64,000 nt of DNA from Gekko japonicus (lineage: Eukaryota): the NCBI RefSeq assembly GCF_001447785.1, contig NW_015165838.1, forward strand, positions 160,857 through 224,856. Direction: 5' to 3'. A program made the translations under genes and the position numbers. The notes beneath the pieces are model-generated. The model made no database searches and was not told the origin of the DNA. It was given only the letters and a program-made list of their open reading frames with translations. Shown piece by piece: positions 63,640 through 64,000 of the stretch (positions are counted from its first letter, which is position 1; each line of letters opens with the position of its first letter).

Positions 63640-63960
63640 TGGCTGAAGTTGAATCCATCCAAGATGGAGGCCATGTGGCTGGGAAAGACTGAAATGCTAA
63701 CAGGAGGGTCACTCTTGAGACTCAATGGTGTCCAGTTGACAGCTGTAGACTCTCTAAAGCGCCTCGGGATGTAGTTGGATTCTGCACTATCATTGGATAA
63801 ACACGTGTCCATGGTAGCATGGTCAAGTGTTTTTTCACATGCGCCAGGCCTGCCAGCTGGCTCCTTATTTACAGCAACAGAGGCGGCAGCAACACTCCCA
63901 GCTACCCACATCAGTGATGGCAGTGGCTCTCACGGAATCACACTAGGTGTCCCAGCTACA
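63640..63960 (+). mobile_element. Old L2-like fragment
   Basis: Degenerate SLKRLGM*LDSALSLDKHVSMVA resembles the VRSLGVLLDSSLTMEAQV stretch of the L2 at 51-54 kb. Confidence 0.55.
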
Positions 63961-64000
63961 TACATCCATTTCCCTTAGGAATGCCAGCTCCAGGATGGAA

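Overview
This is vertebrate genomic DNA; the repeat content points to a squamate reptile, probably a gecko (inference). The whole window lies inside one minus-strand gene, OCA2 (P protein, a melanosomal membrane transporter). Ten coding exons can be read directly. They are equivalent to human exons 3-12 and lie at 48839-48741, 47001-46810, 37229-37172, 35451-35379, 29278-29121, 24491-24409, 22350-22197, 5694-5623, 4005-3940 and 2589-2533. They splice into one open frame with GT-AG boundaries, and the start-codon exon and exons 13 onward were not found in the window. Intron 6 is a minor-spliceosome (U12-type) intron. The rest is transposon-rich intron: CR1, L2 and RTE-like LINE relics, tRNA- and 5S-derived SINEs, hAT, Harbinger and Tc1-mariner MITEs, three solo LTRs with 5-bp target-site duplications (TSDs), Penelope fragments and several tandem duplications up to 1,274 bp. 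The most unusual object is a complete ~2.1-kb L1-derived element at 54459-56560 that encodes only ORF1 and has a 5' end, poly(A) tail and 16-bp TSD, i.e. a 'half-L1'-type element; it is part of a three-level nested insertion. Most ORFs in the supplied track are spurious. I see no prokaryotic-type system such as CRISPR or an operon. Repeat family names come from motif recognition, not database searches.
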